Origin: Acidobacteriota bacterium
GTDB taxonomy: Bacteria > Acidobacteriota > UBA890 > WLXD01
Direction: 5' to 3'
Length of the DNA stretch: 64,000 nucleotides
NCBI GenBank assembly: GCA_965205505.1
Contig: CBDBHB010000009.1
Coordinates: 544,001 to 608,000 of the forward strand
In this document: positions 9,925 to 19,160 of the stretch, in pieces
Layout: each line of letters opens with the position of its first letter
Numbering within the stretch: the first letter of the stretch is position 1
Made by a program: the position numbers and the translations under genes
Notes under the pieces: generated by a model
What the model saw: only the letters and a program-made list of their open reading frames with translations
The model's database searches: none
Told to the model about the DNA's origin: nothing

Positions 9925-10023
9925 ACCCCGGCGCGAAGCGGCTACGATACGGTGGCTCGGGCGTGGAGGCTCGGGAATGTATCCACACGGCTCGCCCCGG
10001 TTGCCTCACTTGAGGGCAAGTAT

Positions 10024-10779
10024 ATGAACGGCGACATCAGAGTGGTCACCTTCGACGCTCGCGGCACCCTCTTGAAGGTGCGATTCTCAGTAGGCGAGAC
10101 CTACGCCGCTGTGGCCAGGCGGCACGGCGCTGACCTGTCGACAATTGCGATCGAGACGGCGTTCTTCGCGGTGTTTCCCGGCATGCCGCCGCTAGCGTTC
10201 CCGCCCATGCACGATGAGCAGCTGCGCGAGCGTGAGCATCAGTGGTGGCGGACTTTGGTAGAGCGCGTCGTCGAATCCGCCGATCAGCGGGTCGACGACT
10301 TCGACGAGTTCTTCGCCGAGCTGTATTCGCTATACCGCGGCGCCGAGGGGTGGAAGCCATATCGCGAGGCAGCGTCGGTGCTGTGCTTGCTGCGCTCGGC
10401 AGGCTACAAGCTGGGCGTTGTCTCCAACTTCGACTCGCGCATCGAGGAAGTGCTGGTAGCTCTCAACATGAGCATCTGGTTCGACTCGGTGGTCTTCTCC
10501 TCGCGCGCCGGTGTCGCCAAGCCGGGTGCCGGGATCTTCCAGAGGGCACTGGCCGAGCTCGATGTCGAGGCGGAGCAAGCGTTGCACGTCGGCGACAGCC
10601 TCCGTAAGGACTGGGAAGGCGCCCGCAGCATCGGAATGAAGGCCATCCTGCTCGACCGCACCGATCGTTACGCTGTCAACGCGCCCTCGGATTGCGATGT
10701 GGTCCCCAGCCTCGAGGCAGTGCTCGAACGCCTTGGCGTGGCTGGTTTTTCCGAGTTGGCGCGCGCCCACGCCAGCTAG
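10024..10779 (+). CDS. HAD-superfamily hydrolase (REG-2-like, subfamily IA)
   Basis: FDARGTL, VVSNFD, KP, HVGDS..KD motifs. Confidence 0.9.
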   Translation: MNGDIRVVTFDARGTLLKVRFSVGETYAAVARRHGADLSTIAIETAFFAVFPGMPPLAFPPMHDEQLREREHQWWRTLVERVVESADQRVDDFDEFFAELYSLYRGAEGWKPYREAASVLCLLRSAGYKLGVVSNFDSRIEEVLVALNMSIWFDSVVFSSRAGVAKPGAGIFQRALAELDVEAEQALHVGDSLRKDWEGARSIGMKAILLDRTDRYAVNAPSDCDVVPSLEAVLERLGVAGFSELARAHAS

Positions 10780-10831
10780 TGCTCCTGATCATAAGTACGG
10801 TGACGTTTGCAGGAGCGATATGCGGGCGATC

Positions 10832-11728
10832 TCAGCCCCCGACGTCGTCCGATACGAGCGCGATCTGGTCACCCCCCGGGCTTACTGCCAGCCGCGTGAT
10901 CGAGGTTATCCCCGCCGCCGATAGGTCCGCCGCTGGCATCCAGGCGTCGTCCTGGAAGGGGTCGCGTATGAACACCCGCGAGTCTGTAGCCATCAGCATG
11001 CGGCCGTCCGGAGTCCACGCCAGGTCCTGGCTCCCGGGCAGAGCGTCGACGAGCTCGAACACCGCTCCGTTGGTCGGGTTCACCAGCCGGATCGCCCAGT
11101 GGTCGCCTTCGCGCTGCAGGAAGCTGAAGAAGTCGGGGTCGTGGCGTGCCTGTAGGGAGCGGCCGATGTCCTGCGCCACCGTCGTGGTTGTATCCGTGTG
11201 GAGGTTGGCCAGCTCTAACGTCGGCGGCTCGCCGAGGACGAACAGAATCAACGAGCCGTACCGGTTCCAAGCGTGGTAGCCGACCGGGGCAACGTCGGGG
11301 AGCAGCAGTCGCGGCGAGGTGCCGTCGCGACGGAATGTCCACAGTCGTTGAGTCCCGTCCGACTCGACTCGCACAACCGACATGTCTTCGTTGGCCGGCC
11401 ATACGACGCTGGGCGAGTATTCCGACTCGGGGGTAGCGGTGACTTGTGTGTGCTGTCCCGACAACAGATCCACCCGGAAGATGTCGGTCTGCTCGCCGCG
11501 CTGCGACGTGTACAGCAGGCCGCCGCCCTCGGGCTCGAAGTGGGGTTGGTTGTCGTAGCCCGGGCGGTTGGTGAGGTTGCGTGGTGCACCCAAGGTCGGC
11601 GGGTTCGAGGCAAGATCCAGCTCGACGAGGAAGATGTCGGTGCCCGGCGCTGCCTGCCTGGCGCCCGCGGGGGCCGCTAACGCGGCCCCCGCCAGCAGAA
11701 TGATCAGCCCCGAGACAACAGTTCGCAT
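10832..11728 (-). CDS. secreted TolB-like/PD40 beta-propeller protein
   Basis: Signal peptide; LTNRPGYDNQP, ESEYSP, AVSPGGDQIA repeats. Confidence 0.8.
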   Translation of the reverse strand: MRTVVSGLIILLAGAALAAPAGARQAAPGTDIFLVELDLASNPPTLGAPRNLTNRPGYDNQPHFEPEGGGLLYTSQRGEQTDIFRVDLLSGQHTQVTATPESEYSPSVVWPANEDMSVVRVESDGTQRLWTFRRDGTSPRLLLPDVAPVGYHAWNRYGSLILFVLGEPPTLELANLHTDTTTTVAQDIGRSLQARHDPDFFSFLQREGDHWAIRLVNPTNGAVFELVDALPGSQDLAWTPDGRMLMATDSRVFIRDPFQDDAWMPAADLSAAGITSITRLAVSPGGDQIALVSDDVGG

Positions 11729-11756
11729 AGCTTTCCCGGCAAGCGGTCCCCCGGTG

Positions 11757-12074
11757 CTAGGTCGCGCCGTCGCCACCGAGGCACGGCGGCGACTCGACGC
11801 GTGCGGCTTCGGTTTCGGCGAACTCCTCGGGAGTCAACGTCTGGATCCCGAGCGCGTGGATGCCATCCTGCCGCTCGGCGTCAAGCAGCTGGTAGATTCG
11901 TTGGTGACGTCGCACCCGCGTCTCGCCGCTGAAGGCGGCCGACACTACGAAGACGCGAAAGTGGGTCTCCGATCCGGGCGCCACGTTGTGCATGCCGCTC
12001 TCGTTCACGACCTCGAGACGCTCGGGGTGGAGCGCGTCCTGTAGCTTGCTTTCAATTCGACTCTGCAATTGCAT
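11757..12074 (-). CDS. bolA: BolA family protein
   Basis: NESGMHNV..GSETHF.V.VVS..F.G..RV.RHQ.IY...GIHAL.I.T.TP.E signature. Confidence 0.9.
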   Translation of the reverse strand: MQLQSRIESKLQDALHPERLEVVNESGMHNVAPGSETHFRVFVVSAAFSGETRVRRHQRIYQLLDAERQDGIHALGIQTLTPEEFAETEAARVESPPCLGGDGAT

Positions 12075-12139
12075 CAGGAGCACCTGCTTCACAGGGAGTG
12101 GCTATTGTAGAGGCTCGGAGGTGGCGAATGGGACGATCG

Positions 12140-12616
12140 ATGCTGCGACTGGCACTCCCGATTTTGTTTGTCGCGGTCGGTGCGGGCTTGTCGGGAGCCT
12201 CGTCGTCGGTGATCCAGGGACGCGTCGAGGGAGTGTGGGAGGCGCAAACTTACCTGCTTGCCGACGGCACCCTGCATCCGGTTCGCGGCCGCATCTTCTT
12301 CCAAGGTAGGCACTGGCAGGTGTTGTTCTTCGTCGTTGATGCGTCGTCGAGTCGCCCGCACCGGGGTTCCGCGGAGGGAGGCACCTACACGCTTGCAGGC
12401 GATCAACTCACGTTTCGTCCCGAGCTCAACCTGTCGGTTGGTGACGCGATCCCGGGCCTGCCAGAGGCGCCGCTACGGATGATCGCACGACATCCGGAAC
12501 AGGCGGTTCCCGAGACGGCTCGCGTGACGGTCGAAGGAGACGCCCTGACGCTCCTGTTCCCGAGCGGTAACCGCCTCCACTTCGAGCGTGCGACGATGCC
12601 GTCGGGTCAACGATGA
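12140..12616 (+). CDS. secreted lipocalin-like hypothetical protein
   Basis: Signal peptide; EGVW motif and GTYTLAGDQLTF; ATGA overlap with the next gene. Confidence 0.65.
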   Translation: MLRLALPILFVAVGAGLSGASSSVIQGRVEGVWEAQTYLLADGTLHPVRGRIFFQGRHWQVLFFVVDASSSRPHRGSAEGGTYTLAGDQLTFRPELNLSVGDAIPGLPEAPLRMIARHPEQAVPETARVTVEGDALTLLFPSGNRLHFERATMPSGQR

Positions 12617-13173
12617 AAGTTCTCGTCGGCTCGACGAACCCGGTCAAGCGTGCCTCGGTGGAGGAGGCGTTCGGACTCTTCTTCGATACCCCTCACGTGC
12701 GGGGCGTCGCGGTTCCCTCGGGGGTGCCCGACCAGCCGGTCAACGACGAGACGTTGATCGGCGCACGCAATCGGGCTACGGCGCTGCGCGCGCTTCGCGC
12801 AGCCCGTGGGGTCGACTACTTCGTTGGTATCGAGGGTGGAATCGTCGAGCAAGCCGAGCGGGTGTTCGCGTTCGGCGGCATGTGCGTGGTCGATCGACAG
12901 GGTCGCGAGGCTTTGGGCAGCTCGCCTCACTTCGAGCTGCCGCCTGACGTCGCCCGCGAAGTGCTGGCGGGACGCGAGCTGGGCATGGTGATGGACGAAA
13001 TGACCGGCCAGCAAAACAGCAAGCACAAGGGCGGAGCGATCGGACACTTCACGCGTGGCGTGATGGACCGTCGCGCACTGTACGTAGCCGGCCTCGTGGT
13101 CACGCTGGTGCCATTCTTGAATCATGCCTTGTACTTCAACGACAGCTCGGTGCAATCGGTGTGCGGAACGTGA
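12613..13173 (+). CDS. yjjX: inosine/xanthosine triphosphatase (DUF84)
   Basis: VGSTNPVK, SGVPDQP, GARNRA, VGIEGG, GAIG..T.G.MDR motifs. Confidence 0.9.
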   Translation: MKVLVGSTNPVKRASVEEAFGLFFDTPHVRGVAVPSGVPDQPVNDETLIGARNRATALRALRAARGVDYFVGIEGGIVEQAERVFAFGGMCVVDRQGREALGSSPHFELPPDVAREVLAGRELGMVMDEMTGQQNSKHKGGAIGHFTRGVMDRRALYVAGLVVTLVPFLNHALYFNDSSVQSVCGT

Positions 13174-13598
13174 GCGCCGTGCCGGCCCCGAGTGTCGGTG
13201 GCATCGTGGAGACGTCGCTCTACGTGTCGGACCTCGATCGCGCCGAGCGCTTCTATCGACGCCTGTTCGGCTTCGAGCGGCTTGTCGGGGACGATCGTAT
13301 TCGAGCGCTGGCCGTCTGCGAGCGGCAGGTACTGCTGCTGTTTCGTCGCGGTGGCTCTCTGGAGGCCATTGAAACGCCTGAGGGCACGATCCCGTCTCAT
13401 GACGGCGTCGGGCAGCTACACGTGGCGTTTGCCTCTCGAGCCGACGAGCTCGACGATTGGGCGCGCCGCCTGGCGGCCGAGGGCATCGAGGTCGAGAGTC
13501 GGATGTGCTGGCCGGCCGGGGGAGAGAGCGTGTTCTTCCGCGACCCCGATGGCCATCTGGTTGAGCTGGTCACTCCGGGTGTGTGGGCGGTGTACTGA
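13170..13598 (+). CDS. VOC/glyoxalase family protein
   Basis: ETSLYVSDL..A..FY, HVAF, FFRDPDGHLVEL. Confidence 0.9.
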   Translation: MSAVPAPSVGGIVETSLYVSDLDRAERFYRRLFGFERLVGDDRIRALAVCERQVLLLFRRGGSLEAIETPEGTIPSHDGVGQLHVAFASRADELDDWARRLAAEGIEVESRMCWPAGGESVFFRDPDGHLVELVTPGVWAVY

Positions 13599-13610
13599 GG
13601 TAACGCATCG

Positions 13611-14546
13611 ATGCTTGGCGAACGGAGCTTGGGCTGGCTGGCGATTGCGGTGTGCTCGATCGCCGCCTGTGGCCCCGCAGATGGGGACCCTGAGCCGCTC
13701 GTTCCGGGCGCTGTGCATCGCTTCGAGACGGTTGGCGAAGAGCGCTGGCATTGGGTGGAGTCGGGTTCTGGTCCGGCGCTCGTCGTCCTGCACGGCTTCC
13801 CCGAGAGCTGGTACGCCTGGAGCGAGCTTGTCGAGACGATGGCCTCTGATTTCCGGGTGTTGGCTATCGATCTCAAGGGCGCGGGGCTCTCTAGCACCAG
13901 CGACGGCGACTACAGCGTTGCGGCGATGGCCAATGAGTTGGCCGCGCTGCTCGAGCAGATAGGTGTCGATCGGTTCTACCTCGCAGGCCACGACTGGGGC
14001 GGGCTGGTCGGGGCGCGGCTGGCGGGCGAGCATCCGCAGCGAGTCATCGCCTACGCGCACGTCAGCGCGCCGGTCGAACGCTACGACCTGAGCCGCATGC
14101 CCGATCTGCGCGACTTGCACAACGATCCCGAATCGGCGACCGCCCTGATGTTGAACGCCGAGCTGTTCGTAAAGCGGATGCTCGGTCTCACCGTGGCGGG
14201 CGGAGTCGAGGCACTCTCAGCACAGCGCGTACAGCACCATATCGACTCCTTCGGTCGGGGCGACGTCCGCGCCGCAATGGCGCGCTATTTCCGTGACCTG
14301 GACCTTGACGAGGGTTGGCGCCTCGGCCGTCGCGCGCGAGCCGACTGGTCGCGCATGAGCTTCCCGGTCCTTGTGCTGGCCGGCGGCCGCGATCTGATGG
14401 TGCCGCTGGAGGAATACCTCGGTGTGCGCGAACGCGCGCCCGGCCTCGAACGTGTGGCGGTGATCGACGGGGCAGGGCACTATCCGCACGAGGAACGGCC
14501 CCTCGAGGTCATCGATATCCTGCAGGAGTTCTTCGAGCGAACATGA
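13611..14546 (+). CDS. alpha/beta hydrolase (epoxide hydrolase-like), probable lipoprotein
   Basis: LHGFPE, GHDWGG, GAGHYPHEE; lipobox-like IAAC. Confidence 0.85.
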   Translation: MLGERSLGWLAIAVCSIAACGPADGDPEPLVPGAVHRFETVGEERWHWVESGSGPALVVLHGFPESWYAWSELVETMASDFRVLAIDLKGAGLSSTSDGDYSVAAMANELAALLEQIGVDRFYLAGHDWGGLVGARLAGEHPQRVIAYAHVSAPVERYDLSRMPDLRDLHNDPESATALMLNAELFVKRMLGLTVAGGVEALSAQRVQHHIDSFGRGDVRAAMARYFRDLDLDEGWRLGRRARADWSRMSFPVLVLAGGRDLMVPLEEYLGVRERAPGLERVAVIDGAGHYPHEERPLEVIDILQEFFERT

Positions 14547-15523
14547 GCGAGTTTTCCGTCGTCCGCGCGGCTGTCGTGCAGGCTGCTCCGGTGCTGTTCG
14601 AGCGTGATGCCACTATCGACAAGCTTGCCGATCTGGTTGCCGACGCCAGCTCAGAGGGAGCGCGTCTCGTGGTGCTGCCAGAGGCGTTCATCCCCGCCTA
14701 CCCACGCGGTCTCTCGTTTGGCGCTGTCGTCGGCAGCCGTAGCGAGGAAGGACGCGACCTGTGGGCTCGCTACTGGGCGAACTCCGTCGACCTGGATGGG
14801 CCGGAGGGCCAGCGAGTCGCCGATATCGCCGCCCAAAACAGCGTCTATCTGGCAGTCGGAATGATCGAGAAGGACTCCGAGTTCGGTGCCGGAACGCTTT
14901 ATTGCACGGTGGCTTACTTCGGCCCCGATGGCACACTGCTCGCCAAGCATCGGAAGCTGAAACCGACCGGGTCAGAGCGCCTGATCTGGGGCGAGGGCGA
15001 CGGCAGCACGCTGAGCACAGTGCACACTGAGTGGGCAACTCTTGGCGGTCTCATCTGCTGGGAGAACTACATGCCGCTCGCCCGGGCGACGATGTACGCC
15101 AAAGGTGTCGAGATCTACATTGCGCCGACCGCCGACTGCCGAGATACGTGGCAGGCGACGATGCGACACATCGCCGTAGAAGGTCGCTGCTTCGTGCTTG
15201 GCTGCAATCAGTTCGTTACGCGCGCCATGTATCCGGACGACCTGCGCGCCAGCGCTGAGATTCAAGACCTTCCGGAAGAGGTGTGCCGCGGCGGCAGCGT
15301 CGTGTACTCGCCACAGGGAGAGCTTCTTGCCGGACCGCTATACGGTGCTGAGGGAACGCTGGTCGTCGAGCTGGACATGCGCGAGACAACCCGCGGCAAG
15401 TACGCTTTCGACTCGGTGGGACACTACGGTCGCCACGACGTGTTTCGTTTGAGCGTCGACGAGCGGCCACAGCGCCCGTTGCACGGGGGCGATCCCGAAA
15501 ACCGTGCCCAGGGCGATTCATGA
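14543..15523 (+). CDS. nitrilase (carbon-nitrogen hydrolase)
   Basis: Catalytic E-K-C triad in PEAF, HRKLKPT and LICWENYMP. Confidence 0.92.
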   Translation: MSEFSVVRAAVVQAAPVLFERDATIDKLADLVADASSEGARLVVLPEAFIPAYPRGLSFGAVVGSRSEEGRDLWARYWANSVDLDGPEGQRVADIAAQNSVYLAVGMIEKDSEFGAGTLYCTVAYFGPDGTLLAKHRKLKPTGSERLIWGEGDGSTLSTVHTEWATLGGLICWENYMPLARATMYAKGVEIYIAPTADCRDTWQATMRHIAVEGRCFVLGCNQFVTRAMYPDDLRASAEIQDLPEEVCRGGSVVYSPQGELLAGPLYGAEGTLVVELDMRETTRGKYAFDSVGHYGRHDVFRLSVDERPQRPLHGGDPENRAQGDS

Positions 15524-16485
15524 GCGAGCTAGCAATTAGCTACGACGACGTGGTGGCCGCCGCCTGGCGCCTGCGCGGTGTCGCGCATCGGACGCCCGTG
15601 TTGAGCTCGCGCAGTTTCAACGAGCGCTGCGGCGGCACCGTGTTCTTCAAGTGCGAGAGCTTCCAGCGCACCGGGGCATTCAAGTTTCGTGGGGCGTACA
15701 ACGCGCTGTCGAAGTTATCTCCAGATGAGGCGGCCCGCGGGGTGGTGGCCTACTCGAGTGGCAACCACGCGCAGGCGATGGCGCTTGCCGGCAAGCTCCT
15801 CGAAATCCCGGTTACGATCGTCATGCCCGACGACGCAGCGCAGGTGAAGGTCGACGCGACGCGCGGCTACGGGGCAGAGATCGTCACGTACGACCCGCAC
15901 ACCGAGCAACGCGAGGAGCTCGGGGCGGCGATCCGCGACGAGCGTGGCTTGGTGCTGGTGCCGCCCTTCGATCACCCCGACATCGTCGCGGGGCAGGGGA
16001 CAGCCGCGCTCGAGCTGCTTCGAGAGACGGGAGAGCTCGACATGCTCCTGACACCGTGTGGCGGTGCTGGCCTGCTGTCGGGGTGTGCTATCGCCGCTAC
16101 CGCGATGGCGCCCGGCTGCCGGGTGATCGGGGTTGAGCCCGAGGCCGGGGACGACGCCAATCGCTCGTTTCGTAGCGGCAAGCTCGAGCGCGTCGAGTAT
16201 CCTGACACCATCGCTGACGGTGCCCGAACGCTGTCGCTCGGGCAGATCACCTTCGCGATCGTTTGCTCCAAGGTAGCCGACATGGCGACAGTATCGGACG
16301 AAGCGTTGCTGCGAACGATGCGGTTCTTGTTCGAGCGTCTCAAGATCGTCGTCGAGCCCACTGGCGCGCTTGCGGCGGCGGCCGTCCTGGAGCACGTCGT
16401 CGATGTGCATGACCTTCGCGTCGGGGTCGTGCTCAGTGGCGGCAACGTCGATCCGACAAGAATCGGCGCATGGTTCAGCGACTGA
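15520..16485 (+). CDS. PLP-dependent threonine/serine dehydratase (threo-3-hydroxyaspartate ammonia-lyase-like)
   Basis: FQRTGAFKFRGA, SSGNHAQ, LSGGNVD. Confidence 0.9.
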   Translation: MSELAISYDDVVAAAWRLRGVAHRTPVLSSRSFNERCGGTVFFKCESFQRTGAFKFRGAYNALSKLSPDEAARGVVAYSSGNHAQAMALAGKLLEIPVTIVMPDDAAQVKVDATRGYGAEIVTYDPHTEQREELGAAIRDERGLVLVPPFDHPDIVAGQGTAALELLRETGELDMLLTPCGGAGLLSGCAIAATAMAPGCRVIGVEPEAGDDANRSFRSGKLERVEYPDTIADGARTLSLGQITFAIVCSKVADMATVSDEALLRTMRFLFERLKIVVEPTGALAAAAVLEHVVDVHDLRVGVVLSGGNVDPTRIGAWFSD

Positions 16486-16617
16486 ACCCCGAAGGCACAA
16501 CCGGCCGCCCCTTCGCGTACCTCGTCGTGGCGAGCTAACGGTCTGGTGCAATGGCGCATGGTGGCCCTGTACACTCTGTTTGCCAATTGCTGGGTGTGCG
16601 TAGGGGGGGGGTTGCAT

Positions 16618-16965
16618 GTGAGTCAAGCACAGGATGATCGCCGGACTCATGATCGGCGGCCAATGGCGCTGCCGATTGTTCTCGACGTCGAGATACACGG
16701 CTACGATGGCGCCGAAAACCCCTTTCGCGCCACCGGCGAGACCGTCAACGTAGGCTGCGGCGGGCTCATGGCGCATCTCGATCAAGGAGTGTCGCCGGGG
16801 GTACGCTGCTTGACACATTTTCCGCGCGGGGCTGGCAAGATCGGCCGCACGATGATCTACGGTACGGTGAGTCGGTCGGAGCTCAGCGGCTCGGGTCACG
16901 AGGTCGCCGTCGTGTTCGACACAGCGCTACGGCAGGTGGAGATGCCAGCAACAGCGAAGCCCTGA
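16618..16965 (+). CDS. PilZ-domain protein
   Basis: RRTHDR (RxxxR) and TVNVGCGG (a variant of D/NxSxxG); start codon uncertain. Confidence 0.65.
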   Translation: MSQAQDDRRTHDRRPMALPIVLDVEIHGYDGAENPFRATGETVNVGCGGLMAHLDQGVSPGVRCLTHFPRGAGKIGRTMIYGTVSRSELSGSGHEVAVVFDTALRQVEMPATAKP

Positions 16966-17018
16966 TTGCTCCGGACGACCGGCGTGCTTGCTGGTCGCGC
17001 CGCCGGTTCTCGGTGGCG

Positions 17019-17425
17019 TCAGTTTGTCGCCGGAGCCTGCATGAAGTTCCCGTTCCACACCACCAAGTCGCATTCGAACGGGTCGCCGTTCCATCCAGCC
17101 GGCGCAGCCGGCCCCGACACACCGTCGGATCCCAGCGACGACAGCGTGTAGGAGTCGGTGGTGTGCTCGTAGCTCCAGGCGAAGCCCCAGCGGTCGAGCG
17201 GAAGCACTACGGCCAGGTAGTACGGCTGCAGGTCGGCGAAGGTGAGGTGTCGGCATGGTCGCCCTTGTCGACTGCGTGCGCGCCGTTGGCGCCGGCGATG
17301 GTGCGCAGATCGGCCAGCGTGCCTCGCTGGCGGGCGCGATCGTGGGCGGTAATGAACTGCGCTACGCCTATCATTGATAGGACCATCACCATTGCCATGA
17401 TGACGAGCAACTCGATGAGCGAGAA
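17019..17425 (-). pseudogene. GspG-like pseudopilin, disrupted
   Basis: FSLIELLVIM N-terminal methylation motif directly after a TGA; a frameshift near 17248; C-terminal DRWG...YTLSSLGSDG. Confidence 0.75.
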
Positions 17426-17920
17426 TCAGTCCGTACCGGTCGCTTTTAGTCGCGCTTCCTGTGACGGCGTTCCGTGGCGCGCCTTCAGCGTCTCCGAAAG
17501 CTTGTTCAGGTCGTCGACGACCTCTACGAACTCGTCCTCGGCGCGCAGCTGCGAATGCATGTCGTAGTCGCCTTCGGTGAGCCTGCGGATGTGTCGGCTG
17601 ATGGGCACCAGCGGTCCGACAAAAATGTGCAGAACGACAACCGTAAACACGGCCGTGGCGATGCCGAGGATCGGTAGTATCCAAACGACGCGCAACAGCT
17701 CGGCGCGGATGGTGACGTCGATCACCTGAGCGAGCGCTGCAGCGCTGGCGCCCGCTTCGCTGAGGATGCGTTCAAGGACACGGCGAACAGTTAGGTAGGA
17801 GACTAGCTGAGCGACTCCGGCGCCGATCGAGGCGAGGAAGAAGAACATCAGCGCGTAGCGGAGCTGCAGGCGCGGTCGGAACAGGTAGTTGCGCAGTCGT
17901 CGTCTGCTGTCTCTGGCCAT
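17426..17920 (-). CDS. 2-TM HAMP-domain membrane protein
   Basis: Two hydrophobic helices followed by GPLVPISRHIRRLTEGDY...DEF..V..DLN.L. Confidence 0.8.
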   Translation of the reverse strand: MARDSRRRLRNYLFRPRLQLRYALMFFFLASIGAGVAQLVSYLTVRRVLERILSEAGASAAALAQVIDVTIRAELLRVVWILPILGIATAVFTVVVLHIFVGPLVPISRHIRRLTEGDYDMHSQLRAEDEFVEVVDDLNKLSETLKARHGTPSQEARLKATGTD

Positions 17921-18111
17921 CGAGCCCTCGTAGGTATCAGTACCGACAAGTACTGACCGTTTGATGGTTGAATCAGAAGACGAAAATCATCTGGAGTCAT
18001 TTTTACCTATGTTTACGTATTAGAAATGTACCGTGATCAGGTGAGGCCGGCCCAGGACTAGGTTGCGCCGGCGCCGACTCACTCCTCGGCGACGTCCTTG
18101 GCGGCGGGACT

Positions 18112-19005
18112 CTACCCGTGACCGGCCTCGCGCTTGACGACGCGCTCGAGCGGCTGCAGGGTCGCTTGTGGTCGAAACGCCTCCCGTGCCGCCAAGTCGT
18201 AGCGATCTCCAGGGGCGAGGAAGTAAAAGTCGCCACCGCTGTCGATGCGGCGCTGCGAATCGTAGATTGCCACGTAGCTGCGACCGATCACCTCGAACCG
18301 GTTGCCGCGCACGACGATGGCGGTGTGCTCGTCGATCCCGATGCCGAGCAGGTCCGGCCGTGCTGCGACGATCTCGAGTAGGTCGAACTGGCGGTTGCGT
18401 TGCAGCAGATGCTGATCGATCGCAACTCCGGTGACGAACGCGAAGCCCTCCTCATGATCGCCCATCATGATGGTGTTCCCGTTTGTATCGCCGCGCGCTA
18501 GATACTCGCCCTGGATCGTTGCTCCGGCCGACGAGCCGCCGATCACGCCGCCCCGACCAAGCAAGGCGCGTAGCTCGGCCTCGACCCGTGTCCCCAGGTA
18601 CGCATCGGCGAGCCGCCATTGCCGGCCACCGGTGAACCATACGCCCCGTGCCCGTCGGATGGGTGCCGCGAAGCCATCGCGGTTGGCGATGTCGGGATCG
18701 TAAGTGTGCAGCAGCGTAAGCCGCGACGCCCCGGCCTCGCGAAAGGCGGCCATGCCGTCCCAGCTGAGGTCATAGTCGGGGGCGCCCCCGGCGGTGGGGA
18801 TTACCACGATCGGGGCGTCGTTGCCGCCCGCGAGCTGCATGAAACGCTCCAGGATCTGTGGGTCGCGCATGCCGCCGCCGACGATGACCAGTGCGCCGCG
18901 CTCGGGGCCTCGCTGGGCGGTTGCCGGCGCGGCCAGCAGCAGCAAAGCTGCCGACGTGGCGGCAATGAGCGCGACGGTACGTATCTGGCGTGTGGCTCGC
19001 AACAT
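18112..19005 (-). CDS. secreted cyanophycinase (peptidase S51)
   Basis: LVIVGGG, IPTA, FTGGRQ, GGSSAGA, DQHL, GIDEHTA; signal peptide. Confidence 0.88.
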   Translation of the reverse strand: MLRATRQIRTVALIAATSAALLLLAAPATAQRGPERGALVIVGGGMRDPQILERFMQLAGGNDAPIVVIPTAGGAPDYDLSWDGMAAFREAGASRLTLLHTYDPDIANRDGFAAPIRRARGVWFTGGRQWRLADAYLGTRVEAELRALLGRGGVIGGSSAGATIQGEYLARGDTNGNTIMMGDHEEGFAFVTGVAIDQHLLQRNRQFDLLEIVAARPDLLGIGIDEHTAIVVRGNRFEVIGRSYVAIYDSQRRIDSGGDFYFLAPGDRYDLAAREAFRPQATLQPLERVVKREAGHG

Positions 19006-19160
19006 GGGCTGCTCCTTCCTCGATGGAGGGGTGAGCCCGCAATGCTAACGCGCCGTCGCGGCGGTGGTCCGATGTAGATTCGCCGGTGCCCCGCCCACGG
19101 TGTCGTCGACTTCGAGAGCCGTGTGCGAACCGCTTGGTGCTAGTGTCCTGAGTCAGGACA

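Noticed and set aside
5111-17428. Alternative genetic code (TAG=Gln or TGA=Gly) suggested by two in-frame stops
   Set aside because: TAG and TGA both terminate many intact genes at the expected positions in this window.
17930-18040. AT-rich patch as a foreign insertion
   Set aside because: Short, intergenic and upstream of the HAMP gene; consistent with a promoter region, and I could not identify a motif.
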